DNA of 64,000 nucleotides from Vicugna vicugna (taxonomy: Eukaryota): assembly GCA_013265495.1 (NCBI GenBank), contig MU059829.1:3782001-3846000 (forward strand). Direction: 5' to 3'. The notes beneath the pieces are model-generated. The model worked only from the letters and a program-made list of their open reading frames with translations, was not told the DNA's origin and did no database searches. Each line of letters starts with the position of its first letter. Positions within the stretch are counted from its first letter, which is position 1. The position numbers and the translations under genes were made by a program. Below, piece after piece: positions 36,335-47,938 of the stretch.

Positions 36335-36353
36335 TGTCCACTAGATGGCGCGC
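36335..36353 (+). promoter_or_regulatory. CTCF-binding motif TGTCCACTAGATGGCGCGC
   Basis: Core CCACTAGATGGCGC (36338-36351) matches CCRSYAGRKGGCRS at every position. Confidence 0.65.
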
Positions 36354-36656
36354 CAAACCGGCGGATCCATCTCGGCCCTTCCGAGGGGAGAAAATCTATT
36401 CACAGATACTAAGAAGAAAGTCCAAAGTATTTTATAGGAGAGAGGGAAAACACTATAAGGAAAGTTAAACAATTGTATTACAAATAATCTGCGGTTTTGG
36501 AAAAAAGTTGTATCAGTCCTGACTTGGCTCCAGCTAGTCACTGTAACTGTATCTAACCAAAAAATATCAGTGTCAGAAAACTCCAAGTTGAGTAATCAGA
36601 TTAGTTATTTGCAGCAACTCGTACACTGAAAATAAGTTTTTTAAAATCTGAAGGGG

Positions 36657-36676
36657 TGTGTGTGTGTGTGTGTGTG
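36657..36676. repeat. (TG)10 microsatellite
   Basis: Seen directly. Confidence 0.95.
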
Positions 36677-36683
36677 TACATAC

Positions 36684-37091
36684 TGGGACTGTTCATTTTA
36701 CGTGTCAACTTGGCTAGACCGTGGCACCCAGATGTCTGGTCAAACACCAGTGGAGATGTTCCTGTGACACCACTTTTTTGGATGGGATGAACATTTAAAT
36801 CAGCGGACTTCGAGTAAAGCCGATTGTCTTCCCCAGTGTGGGTGGGCCTCGCCCAATCAGTTGAAGGTCTGGACAGAAAAAGATCGAGGTCCCCAGAAAC
36901 AGGGAATTCCGCCAGCAGACAGCCTCAGACTCAAACTACAACTCTTCCCCGGCCCTCCTGCTACCTACCCTAAGGATCTCAGACTTGCCAGCCCCACCAG
37001 GGTGTAAGCCAATTTCTTACAGTAAATCTCTCTCTCCCCTAGTTTTTGTGTTTGAGTTCATGTTGGATCTGCTTCTCTGGAGAACCCTGAC

Positions 37092-37098
<7 letters not shown>
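36684..37098 (+). mobile_element. ERVL solo LTR (MLT2D-like)
   Basis: TTTTACGTGTCAACTTGGCTAGAC..AACATTTAAATCAG..CCAATCAGTTGAAGG..CTCTGGAGAACCCTGACTAACACA. Confidence 0.85.

Positions 37099-37124
<26 letters not shown>
37095..37124. repeat. (CA)15 microsatellite
   Basis: Seen directly. Confidence 0.95.
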
Positions 37125-37127
<3 letters not shown>

Positions 37128-37524
37128 CTGACAAGGAATTCTGCAAGGCACACCAGCCGGAAGCAGAGGGAATAATGAAGCCCTGCAGTGACAGATAACT
37201 TTCATGTGACAGTCTTATGTAGGAGGCAGAAATAAAAGTCCTGTGTCTGAAAGGAGGTAAGGAGTCCGTAAGTGACCTGTCCCTGGAGCTCCAAAGAGAC
37301 GCACCCTTGGGACAAGGACACAGTGGTACAGAAGTACAGCCTCAGGTCAAGCCCTCTGGACTATCGAGAGAAACTTAAGCCTTGAACTTGGCTAAAGGGC
37401 GTCCCCAATGAACAGTCTCCACCCCCCACCCCTGGACACCTGGAAAAAGTAAGTGTAAATAAACTCTGAGAAAGGCACCTCATCTGCGGGGGAAATCACT
37501 CTCACAAACCACTTTCCAGCTGCG

Positions 37525-38058
37525 ATGACCAGCATCTTGTCAAAGGTAACGAGACACCTGTGCAGACTACCCCGTGCAAGACAGACCCGCTGAGACTCCC
37601 GGGACTTCCGCCATCAGGGGAGTCCTCACCAGGGAGGCGCAGATGGAAACTACAGTGGGGCAGCCCGTCACCCCCACGGCGGCCATCAGACGGGCAGGTG
37701 ACAACACGGGGAGGAGAAGACCTGCCCATGTATGAGCACTGATGAGGCCCCCACGACGGAGAAGAGGCTGGCCGTCCAACAGTCAGCACATGACCCACCG
37801 ATTCCACTCCCAGGTACGAATGCTAGTCCCTCCACACCCCGAGAAGCTCCGCTCAGAACACCCCGAAGTGGAAACAACCCAAACACCCGCAACTGATTCA
37901 TGGATAAAACAGAATGTGGTCCAGTCACGAAGACCCCAGATGACGTCCTAACATGTACTGTGTGGTGGCTGAACAACCCTGTAAACATACTAATAACCAC
38001 TGAACTGCGCACTTGAAACGGGTGCATTGCATGGTGTGTGAGTTATATCTCAGTCAAG
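37525..38058 (+). mobile_element. Ancient LINE-1 (L1MB/L1MC-like) ORF2-end and 3' UTR
   Basis: CATGACCCACCGATTCCACTCCCAGGTA..TGGAAACAACCCAAA..ATGGATAAAAC..AACCACTGAACTGCGCACTT..GTGAGTTATATCTCA. Confidence 0.7.
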
Positions 38059-38949
38059 TTGTAATAGAGTGAAAACGTGTGAAATGCTGAAATAAGAGAC
38101 AGTCTTGAGAATATCTAAGTTCACATGAAAACGCGTTAGGTTTCAAGAACAACTAAATAGAGCTTTGAGAAATAAAAATTAAATAACCAAAATCAAGAAC
38201 ACTGAGGATGGACTTAACTGCAGCATCGGTACAGTTGAACTGGAATATTAATCGGAATGAATTCTCCAGAGGAAAAACAACCAAGAAAATAGAGAAAACC
38301 TACGAGCTACGAAAACCAGCGTGCACACCGCTCTAACGTCCACTTTGTTAGAGAGTGACAGAGACGCAAAAGATGAGGAGACAGTGGAATTTCGTTAATC
38401 CCAGAACTGATGGAAGTGCCAATCCGAAGGCTTTCCCAGGAGCAAAATTCTGTGTTGAAATAGTTGACCCAGACCGGGTCAGAGTTACCCAAGATTCTAA
38501 AGTCATTTGTTTGCAAAAACGTAACTGTGCTCACGTAAAGGCGGTGACATTTCAAATCCACTCCTGCCTCCTGTCGGCTGCACAGAATCCCGCAGAGAGA
38601 AGGTGACAAGATTCAGCGCAGCCCCGCCTGGCACAGGTGAGGAGGCTGACGTCCTCGGCGACGGTCTCCAGTTCACCCAGAGCCGCAGCACCCCGCCCCG
38701 CTGCCCCCAAGCCCAGCGTCACCCACCCGGCCAGCTTCCGGAGACCCGAAGGGCCGCGTGACTCCGGGAGCCCGTCTCCTCCAACCCCCGCCTCCTCCAG
38801 CACCTGCCATTCACCGTTTAAATTAAAGGACGGCTTCCCCGTGAGGGAAGGAGGCTCCAGAAATACACCAAGGGCAAGATCCGCTTACTTCCTTTCAAAC
38901 ACGGTTTGAAATTTCAACGAGAAAGATGTTGGCTTTAGAGGGATTAACA

Positions 38950-39620
38950 AAGTCCAGCACGTGTGGGGACCAGGCCCTCCTCTGGGTATCAGGGTTTCAG
39001 ACGAAACGCTGCCCGTGTTTCTGAAAAATCGACTGTCACGGCCAGACACGGCCGTGGGAAGCAGCGGCCAGGACGGGCCGGCCCGGCCCGCGGCCCCCAG
39101 CCCCGTCCGCGTGCACCTGCTGCCGTCCCACCGCGCAGGCGCCTGCAGGTCTGCGGCTGCGGGGCGGAGCCCCGGCCCCGGCGGGGGTCGCGGGGAAACG
39201 CGCCGCGCCGCGCTGCGGGGGCGGGGCCGGGAGGGGCGGGGCCCGGCGGGCGGCGGCGGTGCGCGCGGCGACGGAGGGCCGCGTCAGAGGGGCGCTGTCC
39301 GGCGAACCACGGGGTCCAGCACAAACGAGACGCGGGCGTGGCCGCCTCGGTCCCGGGCGACCTCGCGGCTGCCGAACGTGGGCGTGTCCTCCGGGCTGCC
39401 TCTTGGGTCCCTAACCGTTACGGTACGAGCGCTAGGTACAGTTTTTCTAGCCTCCTTACCAGCTCTGCGCTGCTGTTTGGGATTCTCCCAAAGCCCCCGC
39501 GACGGGAGGAACCCACGTTTGTTCACGCCTCGGAGTGACCTGCATACAGGGCGGTGGGCGCACGGAGGGGCCAGCCGTGTGTAAGCGACGCTGGAGGACG
39601 TAACTCCTCGCAGGACGTGC
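38950..39620. promoter_or_regulatory. Orphan intergenic CpG island with three GC boxes (39161-39169, 39218-39227, 39233-39242)
   Basis: Dense CpG and GGGGCGG motifs; no recognisable CDS nearby. Confidence 0.7.
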
Positions 39621-42378
39621 GCCACCTTTGAAAAGAAAGCTGCACTTCAGTTCTTCAACTAACAGGCATGTACTGTGCGCGCGCACGTTCAGTAACATAC
39701 ATGTACGTAAGGGGGTTGGAGAGTATCCCGTGTGCCCCGGTCTATCTTGTAGCAGCTGTGATGTCACTTAAAATATTTCGGTCCTTCCCAGTTCAGCGTC
39801 CTGGTATTTAGTTCCCATTTGGCTCCGAAGTGTGACGTTTTCCTTGTCCAGCAGGTGGCGGTGTCCGAGGCAGCTGCAGGCTTCACGCCCCATGTGGCTC
39901 GGCTGGTTCTAGGCGGAAGGCGGGCCGAGACCAGAGCCGCTGGGGGCGGAATGAGCAGCCCCCTCCCCGCCTGTCCCGCGGCGAGAGCCCGAAGCACACG
40001 GAGCCGACTGCCCTCGGGCAGGTGGACCCTGGCCCAAGCCGGAGGGAACAAAAATAAAAACAAACAAAAAATGTTCGTTGTTCTGAAAGTCAGGAGCGGT
40101 ACTCAGGACGTGCAGCTTGTGCGGAGGGCCCCGAGGAATTCGGAAGGAAAGGGCGCACGCGGCCTGGCCCCCCCCCAACGGGCTGCGGCGGGCGCGTTAC
40201 ACACACGTGCCCGCGTGATGCTTGATTCCGCGTCAGCTCCACGGGGCCCCAGCACGTCCAGATGTCTGCTTCAACATCACTTCCGGGGGTGTCTGGGAGG
40301 GCATCCTCCAGTCCTCGGATGGCTCGAACGGGACGCAGACACGGAGGGGGGTGGACGCACTGGCTGCCTGCCTGCTTGAGCTGAACACCCGTCTTCCGCC
40401 GCAGGCGCCCGGCGCGGGCCCCCAGCTGCGCCATCGCCAGCCCGGGCCCAGCTCGAGCGCACCTTGTGGGCCTCTCAGCCTCCGGCATCACATGAGCAAA
40501 CACCGCACGACAAGCCTCCTTCTAGAAACAGGCGTGGAGACGGGTGTGGGTGCAGACACAGACCAACGTGTGTCTGCACAGCCACGTGGACCCCACTGTC
40601 CGTCCGTCTGTACCGCCTGCCGGCCCTGCGTCCCTGCAGAACCCCGCCGACGCGCGCTCCATGATCTCTAACTGGAAAAGAGGACACAGGCAGAGGCCGC
40701 GGGGTGCAGCGCCAAGCGTCTCAGGAGAGGAGGGCAGACGGGCGGGCCTGGAGGCAGAAAGTGCAAAAGCGAAGGCCCTGGCGCTGCCCCGGGCGCAAGC
40801 CCCGGGGACACACGTGTGCACGCGTGTGTGAGCGCTCCCCGCCCTCCCTTCACGAGGCAAGCCCTGGCGGTGGCCGTTCTGCTCTCGGTCAACCCACACG
40901 TGCGGCCATACCCCGCAAATTGATTTCCCGACACACGAGTCACAACCTGAAGTCTGAAAGCTCGGATCCGTAAGTCAGCTGTTTCCTGGTGGCATCTCTG
41001 CTGCTTAGAAGTCGCCTGGCTGTGCTTAGGGGTGGGACCAAGGACTTGCTATTGGGATTTTTAAAAACAGAAATGAAACAGCAGGTGGAGGTGTGCAGGG
41101 GCATGCGGCAGCTCCCTGCTCCTCGGCTGCATTCGCCTGGTTGGATGCGCTGGGTGGCAGCGGCTGCAGCATCACTGTCCCCTTCGTGTCACTGTCCCCT
41201 TCGTGGACCGTGGGGCTCAGGCTCGGCTCCCTGCAGCGGGGCAGCCGGGACACTGAGTCCAGGTCGTGCCCTTAGAGGAAGGACGTCTGCCCCCCATCCT
41301 GTGACCCAACACAGAGCTGTGATCCCGGGTCACAGGAAAGGGACACAGACACTTCTTAACTGCCTCAGCCACTGCTGACCTGGGTTCTCGCTGCACGCAG
41401 CTAAGCCTGCCCCGCGCTGATGCACCCGCCACGGGGAGGCACCGCGAATTCCAGGACAGAACCGGACAGGGCGTCCGCCCTCCAGGAACTCCCGCTTCAG
41501 TAGGATGGGCTGAAAACGGAGTAAACCAGGAATGGATGGATTGACATGTGGTGAACTGAGCACTGGTAAGTTTTTATCAGCGGCTAAGTGTATTGAATCA
41601 TTGGCTTTGACCCACAGCTTGATTGTAAATAATCAAAGAGAACAGTAACAACTGTGAGCAGAGAGGGGGCCGTGGCTGGAACAGGGGCATAGAGAAGTTG
41701 ACGTCCCGACCCCCGAGACGAGCAGCAGGGCTGAGGCCCGAGGCCCCCGGAGACTCAGGTGGGAGACGGGGTGGCAGCGGGGCGGGGGGCAGTCACAGCA
41801 GAGAAGCAAGAGTCAACTTTGTCTCAGAGACAGTGTATCATCCTGGCTTTCATTTTCTGTCTCTTGTGATGTCCTGGCAGCTCAAACCCCTCCTGGCCGG
41901 GAAGGGCCGTCTCTCCCGCAGCAAAGGGCCCAGCCAGGGGACGCCTGTGACAGATGCCAACGACCCAGCCAGCCAGGCCTCCCCCATCTGCCCTGCACCC
42001 AGGAGGCAGCATTCCTCTGCCCGAATCACCCAGGCCGGGAGCCAGGCAGCCAGGAACACCCATGGAGCCCAAAGCCCCACAGTGTCATTAGAACCGGTCA
42101 GTCCTGTGTGTTTACCCTGCGCTGGAAACTCCAAAAGAGGCCGTGGCCTCAGTCCCCCTCCCTCTGCCCCCTGACCCCCTACCCTGTGCTTCCCCACCTG
42201 GTCCCCAGGGGTGGGTCACACCCCTCTTTCCAGGGGACTCAGAAACGTGAGACTGGCTCCTCCCTGCTGTCACCCAGCCACCTGTGTAAATAAGACCCAG
42301 CACAGAGCAGAGAGGAAGGAAAGCCAGCCCCTCTTGAGGACTGAAATCATGAATTTAAAATTGGTTCTGCCTCCTGCC

Positions 42379-43076
42379 CTGCTGGTGGGAATGCAGTTTG
42401 GTGCAGCCACTATGGAGGACAGTATGGAGGCTCCTCAAAAGACTAAAAACAGACTTTATGATTCAGCAATCCCACTCCTGGGCATATACCTGGAAAAACT
42501 ATAATTTGAAAAGACACACGCANNNNNNNNNNNNNNNNNNNNNNNNNNNNNNNNNNNNNNNNNNNNNNNNNNNNNNNNNNNNNNNNNNNNNNNNNNNNNN
42601 NNNNNNNNNNNNNNNNNNNNNNNNNNNNNNNNNNNNNNNNNNNNNNNNNNNNNNNNNNNNNNNNNNNNNNNNNNNNNNNNNAGACTAAGGGAAGTGAGTC
42701 AGACAGAGAAAGACAAATACCATATGATATCACTTATGGTATGTGGAATCTAAAAACAATGATACAGCTGATTGACAAACCAGAAATAGACTCACAGACA
42801 TAGAAAACACACTTATGGTCACCAGGAGGAAGGGGGCAGGATAAGTTGGGAGTTTGGGATTTGCAGATACACACTAGTATGTATATAATAAATAACAAGT
42901 TCCTACTGTAAAGCACAGGGAACTATATCCAATACCTTGTAACAGCTTATAATAGAAAAGAATATGAAAAGAAATTTATATATATTATATATATTTATAT
43001 ATGTAACTGAATCACTGCCCTGTACACCAGAACTTAACACAACACTTAAAGCGACTCTACTTCAATAAAAGAAAAG
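42379..43076 (+). mobile_element. LINE-1 3' end, Cetartiodactyla type, interrupted by an assembly gap
   Basis: CTGCTGGTGGGAATG..GCAGCCACTATGGA..CAGCAATCCCACTCCTGGGCATATA..[N]..GGGAGTTTGGGATTTGCAGATAC..TACTTCAATAAAA. Confidence 0.9.
42523..42681. other. Assembly gap (159 N)
   Basis: Seen directly; both flanks are collinear L1 sequence. Confidence 0.99.
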
Positions 43077-45137
43077 TTCCCTTGTGCTTTGAAGCTGCAA
43101 CTGGCTGGGCCTGCAGGATACCCTGATCCAAAGAGACCTTGTCTACCGCCTCCTCCTGTCACTTCGCACAGGCCCCCCGGGGACACGCCAAGCCCACTGC
43201 CAGCCCTTCTTGGCCTCACACCCGTCCCCTGACCCACCAGCCTCAGTCCCTGGTGGCAGCCCCCAGCCTGCAGTGTCTGGGCATCCATGCCCACCTGACT
43301 GGGTACCACCTTCTCCAGGAAGCCTTCCCTGATCCTCACGAGCCCCCGTCGTGCCTGCAGCCCGGACACAGCCTGTGCTGGGCCTGCTCACAGCACGGGC
43401 CTGTCCTCACATCTGGGGTCATCACACCTGGGCTGGCCTCGCAGCTGGGCGCCCCCTTGGCTGTGGCTCTGCGTCTCGTTCACGTCTGCTCCTCCAGCAA
43501 GTCGGAACTCGACAACTGTTGAGATGACTCCTGCTTAGGCTGTCATGTTATCCGTCCCCTCCTGGAATCCAAATCTCTGGGTTTAATGCATTTGAATTGT
43601 GCCAAATAAATTATCTCTAACTAGACGGGGGGCGGGGGGGAGTGTTCATCCACTCTTCAGGGCCAAGAGTTGAAGAGCCACTTCCCTGACCCCGTTACAA
43701 ATTCTTCGTATCCTGACCCTCTTTGAAAAGGACCCAGTACGCAACGTCAGAGAAACCCCTTTAACCGCTAACAAACCGTGAGAAGGCAACCGATCAATGT
43801 CCTTTCCTCAGTGGCAGTCACCTCTTAGCAGCAGAGGCCACCGAGAGTTTCCTCGCTTGCTCCTGGATACCATCCCGCTGGAGCCACGGAAAACAGTGGG
43901 AAATTCAGCCCCGAGGCGAGCGGACAAAAAGAGGCTTTGTCTGCAGCGAGGGGCCCGGTTCCCACAGCACACACACAAAGGAGGGCCGCAGACACTGCTC
44001 TGCTCTGTGTTCCTGCCCTCGGTGTTTACAGAGGGGCCTGCGACAAGCAAGATGTGGAGAAAAGCCCCTTGTGTGCAGGACACTGCCTGGGAAATACGGG
44101 TGTTGGTTATGGACGCCTTCGAAGGAAAAGGAAACAGGACACAGAGCAGCAGAAAACGTGTGCGAAGAGCCAGTGGAAGCAGCCTGGGTGACGTCCACCC
44201 AGCGGGAGCGCTGGCCTCTGTGCTCGTCCTGGACCAGATGCCCTGGAGGTCTGACCTGGGCTCCAGCTGCCTGTGACCTGCCTGCCTCGGAGGAGCTGAG
44301 CCCTGATGGAAAGACAGTATGACAACCAAGCCCGAGGGTTTACCATGTCCGGTGACCGACCGGCAGCCTCTCCGCCCAGCCCGGACTCCGGCAGTCGCGG
44401 TGATGCTGTCTGGCCGATCAGAGCCCAGCAAAGCAGACTGGCAGCAGCCGAAGGGACCGTGCCCTTCTGTAATCACCACCTGAATCACAACATCACGTTA
44501 TTAGCTAAACACTCTCTAAACGGCAACAGGCACTGGGCAGCCCTCACGCTGGATGGGACGCTAGCACCACCTCCCACTTCCCAGAACGCGGCGGGGGAGT
44601 CAGCCTTGGCGCCTTCGCAGCCTCAGTCTCAAGGGACTCGTCGTCTGAAACCCCGGGGGCAACAGGCAGCCTGCATCTGTTTCGACGGTTACACAGCGCT
44701 GAACCCGGTGATGGGCACGAGGTATATTTTTGATACATTACATTGTTTCTCTTGGCTCGTGCGTGCAAGCCCGTTTATACCACACTGCTGAAGTTTGAGA
44801 GGTTCCAGAGTATGCCATGGAAACAGAAGAAAAGGTTTTCAGAATGCATTAGAAAGGTTAACATCCAATTTGCAGAAAAAGGAGCGGGTTTAGATTTTAA
44901 TCTCTCGAGTCTCTGAGTGTCTCCCCCGACTGAGATACTCTGCCTGCCTGAGGACCTCAGGCTCTGGCCACATGACGACTCTGTCCAGACCTGGACACCA
45001 GGACCCTCAACCAAACTCTAGCAGGGCCGCCAGCCCCATAAGGCTGTGTCCTGGGAGACCCAGACCCCAGAGAGTGGAGGCTGCCGGGAGGGGTCACCGT
45101 GTTCCAGCCACACCCGACCACAGGCCCTGACCCCACA

Positions 45138-45535
45138 CCCCAAGTCGCTGTCACTTCTGTGTGGCTCCCAGTGACCCCTGTCTCTTCCCACTGTGGGTGG
45201 GGACCTTAGCGGGATGGCAAGGGTGAGTCCTTCGTCCGTGCCTCAGATGCCCATTTAACTCTCACCACCCAGGAGCCCCCTTCTCCAGGGCCTGAGAGCC
45301 ATGCCTTCAGATGGAATCTTCAGGAAGGAAGGGCTGGTCTCCCAGGCCCTGGGGACGGCGCAGTCCTAACTCGGGCAGCCGCCTGCTACAGACATGTGGA
45401 CCCTTCACACATGCAGGACTGACCCTGGCCACCTGTCCACGGGTCTCCCCCATCCCAGATCCCTCAGCCTCCCCCAAGTCACTGTCACCTCTGCATGACT
45501 CCCAGTGACCCTTGTCTCTTCCCACTGTGGGTGGG
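45138..45535. repeat. 64-bp direct repeat (45138-45201 and 45472-45535)
   Basis: 58/64 identical. Confidence 0.9.
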
Positions 45536-46464
45536 AACAGAATAAAATCTGTTGTCACCACCTTAACGGACGTCCGACTGTGCTTGTCTTCAGTGGCTTC
45601 AGAGGTCAGGAAACTCACCCACAAGCCTCGATCTGGTGGGAGGAACGGCAGCTCCCGGGACGTCTTTATAAAAGTCGGGACGCTGTGCCCACGGGCAGGT
45701 GACTGCAGAACTGAGGGGTGGGCGGTGAGAGAGAGAGGAGCAAATGCGACATGAGTGACAGTTTGGGTTTGGCAGACGCCCCGGCAGAAAGACTGTTCAC
45801 TACAGTGTGGACCCCACCTGCTCACATAACGTGCCTTTTAGAGACTGCGCTGAAGGTGGATTCCTGTAGCTAAATACAAAATGGCCAGGTAAGTGCCGTG
45901 TCACTCCTGGAGCTGCGGTACTGTGACCTCCGTCCGGGCGGGGCCACACCCTCTGCCTGGCGGGGTAGGAGGATCTCAGATGGCTCTCCCGCGGAGTCTC
46001 ACGCACGCACTCGCCCGTGGTCCCGGTAAACCTACAGGTGCAAGCTGAGTGCCTGCGTGTCCCAGGCTGACCGAGAATCTGGGGGCACAGGGGCAGGCGG
46101 GACCAGGCCCCCCGTGTCTCCACGGAGCTTGCTTCCAGTGAGGGTGACAGACCAGAGCAAGCAAACAGACCTGCTACAGCCGGACGTTAACCACAAAGGC
46201 ACATCTAAGTGGGGAACAATAACAACGGCCCGATGTGAGTGGAAAATCAGAAGACACAGCACACTGGGTATTTGTGCCAAAGATAAAGGTCTGATCCAAG
46301 CGGGTGACAGCAAAGGCCTCGTGTAACAGGACAGCAGCACACTGACAACGTGATGTGACATGACGGGTGACAGTGACAGAAGGGACGTCGCCTAGCTAGA
46401 CAGTAACAAGAGCCACCAGGAAAAGCAAGGAGAACACCGCTCAGCCACAGAGAGAGTGAAACCG

Positions 46465-46884
46465 GCCATGTGCAGCTGCAAGGATGCCCTGGAGGTGACC
46501 ACGCTAAGTGAAGCCATCCCGACAGAGAAAGACAAATATCCTACGACATCACTCATACGTGGAATCTCAAAAAATGATACGAATGAGCTTATTCACAAAG
46601 CAGAAAAAGACGCACAGACAGAAAACAAATTTACGGCTACCAGTGTGGGGGTGGGGGAAGGATTAGGCGTTTGGGGTTTGTAAGCAGACGTTGCTAGATA
46701 TAAAATAGATAAGCAACAAGGACCTACTGTAGAGCACAGGGAACTACATTCAGTGTCTTGTAACAACCTATAATGGAAAAAAACCTAAAAAAGAATATGT
46801 ATGTACAACTGAATCACTGTGCTGCACACCAGAAATTAATACAACATTGTAAACCAACTATACTTCAAATAAAACAAAGAAAAG
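46465..46884 (+). mobile_element. LINE-1 3' end, Cetartiodactyla type
   Basis: CTAAGTGAAG..ACAGAGAAAGACAAATATC..GATAAGCAACAAGGACCTACTGTAGAGCACAGGGAACTAC..AACTATACTTCAAATAAAA. Confidence 0.85.
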
Positions 46885-47312
46885 CCAAAGCCGCTGAGTG
46901 ACAGACAGTGGCGGGACGGAGGAGGTGAAGTGGGGAGGGTGGTGTGGGAAGGCCGTCTCCAGGGCAGGACTGAGCGAGAGTGAGCAGGGGTGACAGGAGC
47001 CAGGGGACATGGGGACAGAGGGCCCAGGCAGACAGGACACTGTAAACTCTGTGGGACGGATGTACGCATGACCCACATGAGGACCAGCAAGACAGCCTGA
47101 GTGCCTGGAAAGGCATGAAGATGGGGGCACAGCAGGGACAGTGTGCAGAGGTTGACAGAGGCAGACTGGGGAGCCCTGTGAGCCGGGCTGGAGTCTGGGT
47201 CCATTGGGGACAAGCAGGCCACCAGAGGGTCTGCGTCTGTGTAGGACAGTGAGAGGCCCATCCCCGGGTGATGACAAAGGCCAGAGGGTGAGATTCGTGC
47301 TGGACACTCTCT

Positions 47313-47938
47313 GTGGTCCTGCTGCCCAGCCTGGGCGCTGGGCCCAGGGCCCTCTCGCTGATGCAGCAAGGGCTCGCAGGGTCCGGGAGCACAGGCCATG
47401 CGTGGAGACGAGAAAGAGCCTTCAGGCCACTGCGGGGTGCGGGGAGGGAAGGGCCTCGGAAGGGCCTCGGAAGGGCCCAGAGCAGGAGCAAGACAGGAGC
47501 AGGCCTGGAGAGGAGGACGGGGTCCCCGGGGCTCAGATGAAGTGAAGACAGAGCCAGACCCAGCCAGGTGTCCTGTGCGCCTCCGGGCCCCATGATGCTG
47601 ACAGAGGGGTGACTGGGGCGGCCCAGAGCTCGAGTGCCCAGAAGACTTGGAGATGGCTGTGGACCGACTGAGTGAGCCCACGGGCAGGAGCAGGCGGCGC
47701 GGCGGCAGCTCCCCTCAGGGTCTCTCTGAGACGAAGGGCAGCTCTGAGGGACTTTTCTCTCATGTTCTGTTCTTTGCTGCCACCGTCCGAGGATCAGTCT
47801 GAGAACCTGGACTCTGGAGAGTGAGGCTTGGTCCACGGTCAGCACATAGTCGTCCCAGGTCATCCTGGGCCCTGTGAGCCCTCGCTACATCAGCGAGAGG
47901 GCCCTGGGCACAGCGCCCAGGCTGGGCAGCAGGACCAC
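47313..47938. repeat. 76-bp inverted repeat (47313-47388 and 47863-47938), 474-bp spacer
   Basis: 70/76 complementary. Confidence 0.92.

Noticed and set aside
34242-37098. Two same-orientation MLT2 LTRs as the ends of one provirus
   Set aside because: They resemble different subfamilies and are not near-identical; the 2-kb interior has a hAT relic and unique DNA, with no gag/pol remnants.
38100-38430. Possible L1 ORF1-like A-rich relic
   Set aside because: Similarity is too degenerate to support from memory; needs RepeatMasker.
38961-39584. 207-aa and 191-aa ORFs over the orphan CpG island
   Set aside because: GTG starts and Arg/Gly/Ala/Pro bias typical of CpG-island noise.
40808-40829. 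Near-perfect 22-bp palindrome ACACACGTGTGCACGCGTGTGT
   Set aside because: Built from alternating CA/TG/CG dinucleotides, common by chance in this window; no supporting context.
42398-42733. ORFs spanning the N-run
   Set aside because: Artefact of the assembly gap inside an L1 3' end.
46836-47863. 281-aa and 332-aa minus-strand ORFs
   Set aside because: No recognisable homology; they run into an L1 tail and across an inverted repeat; low-complexity composition.
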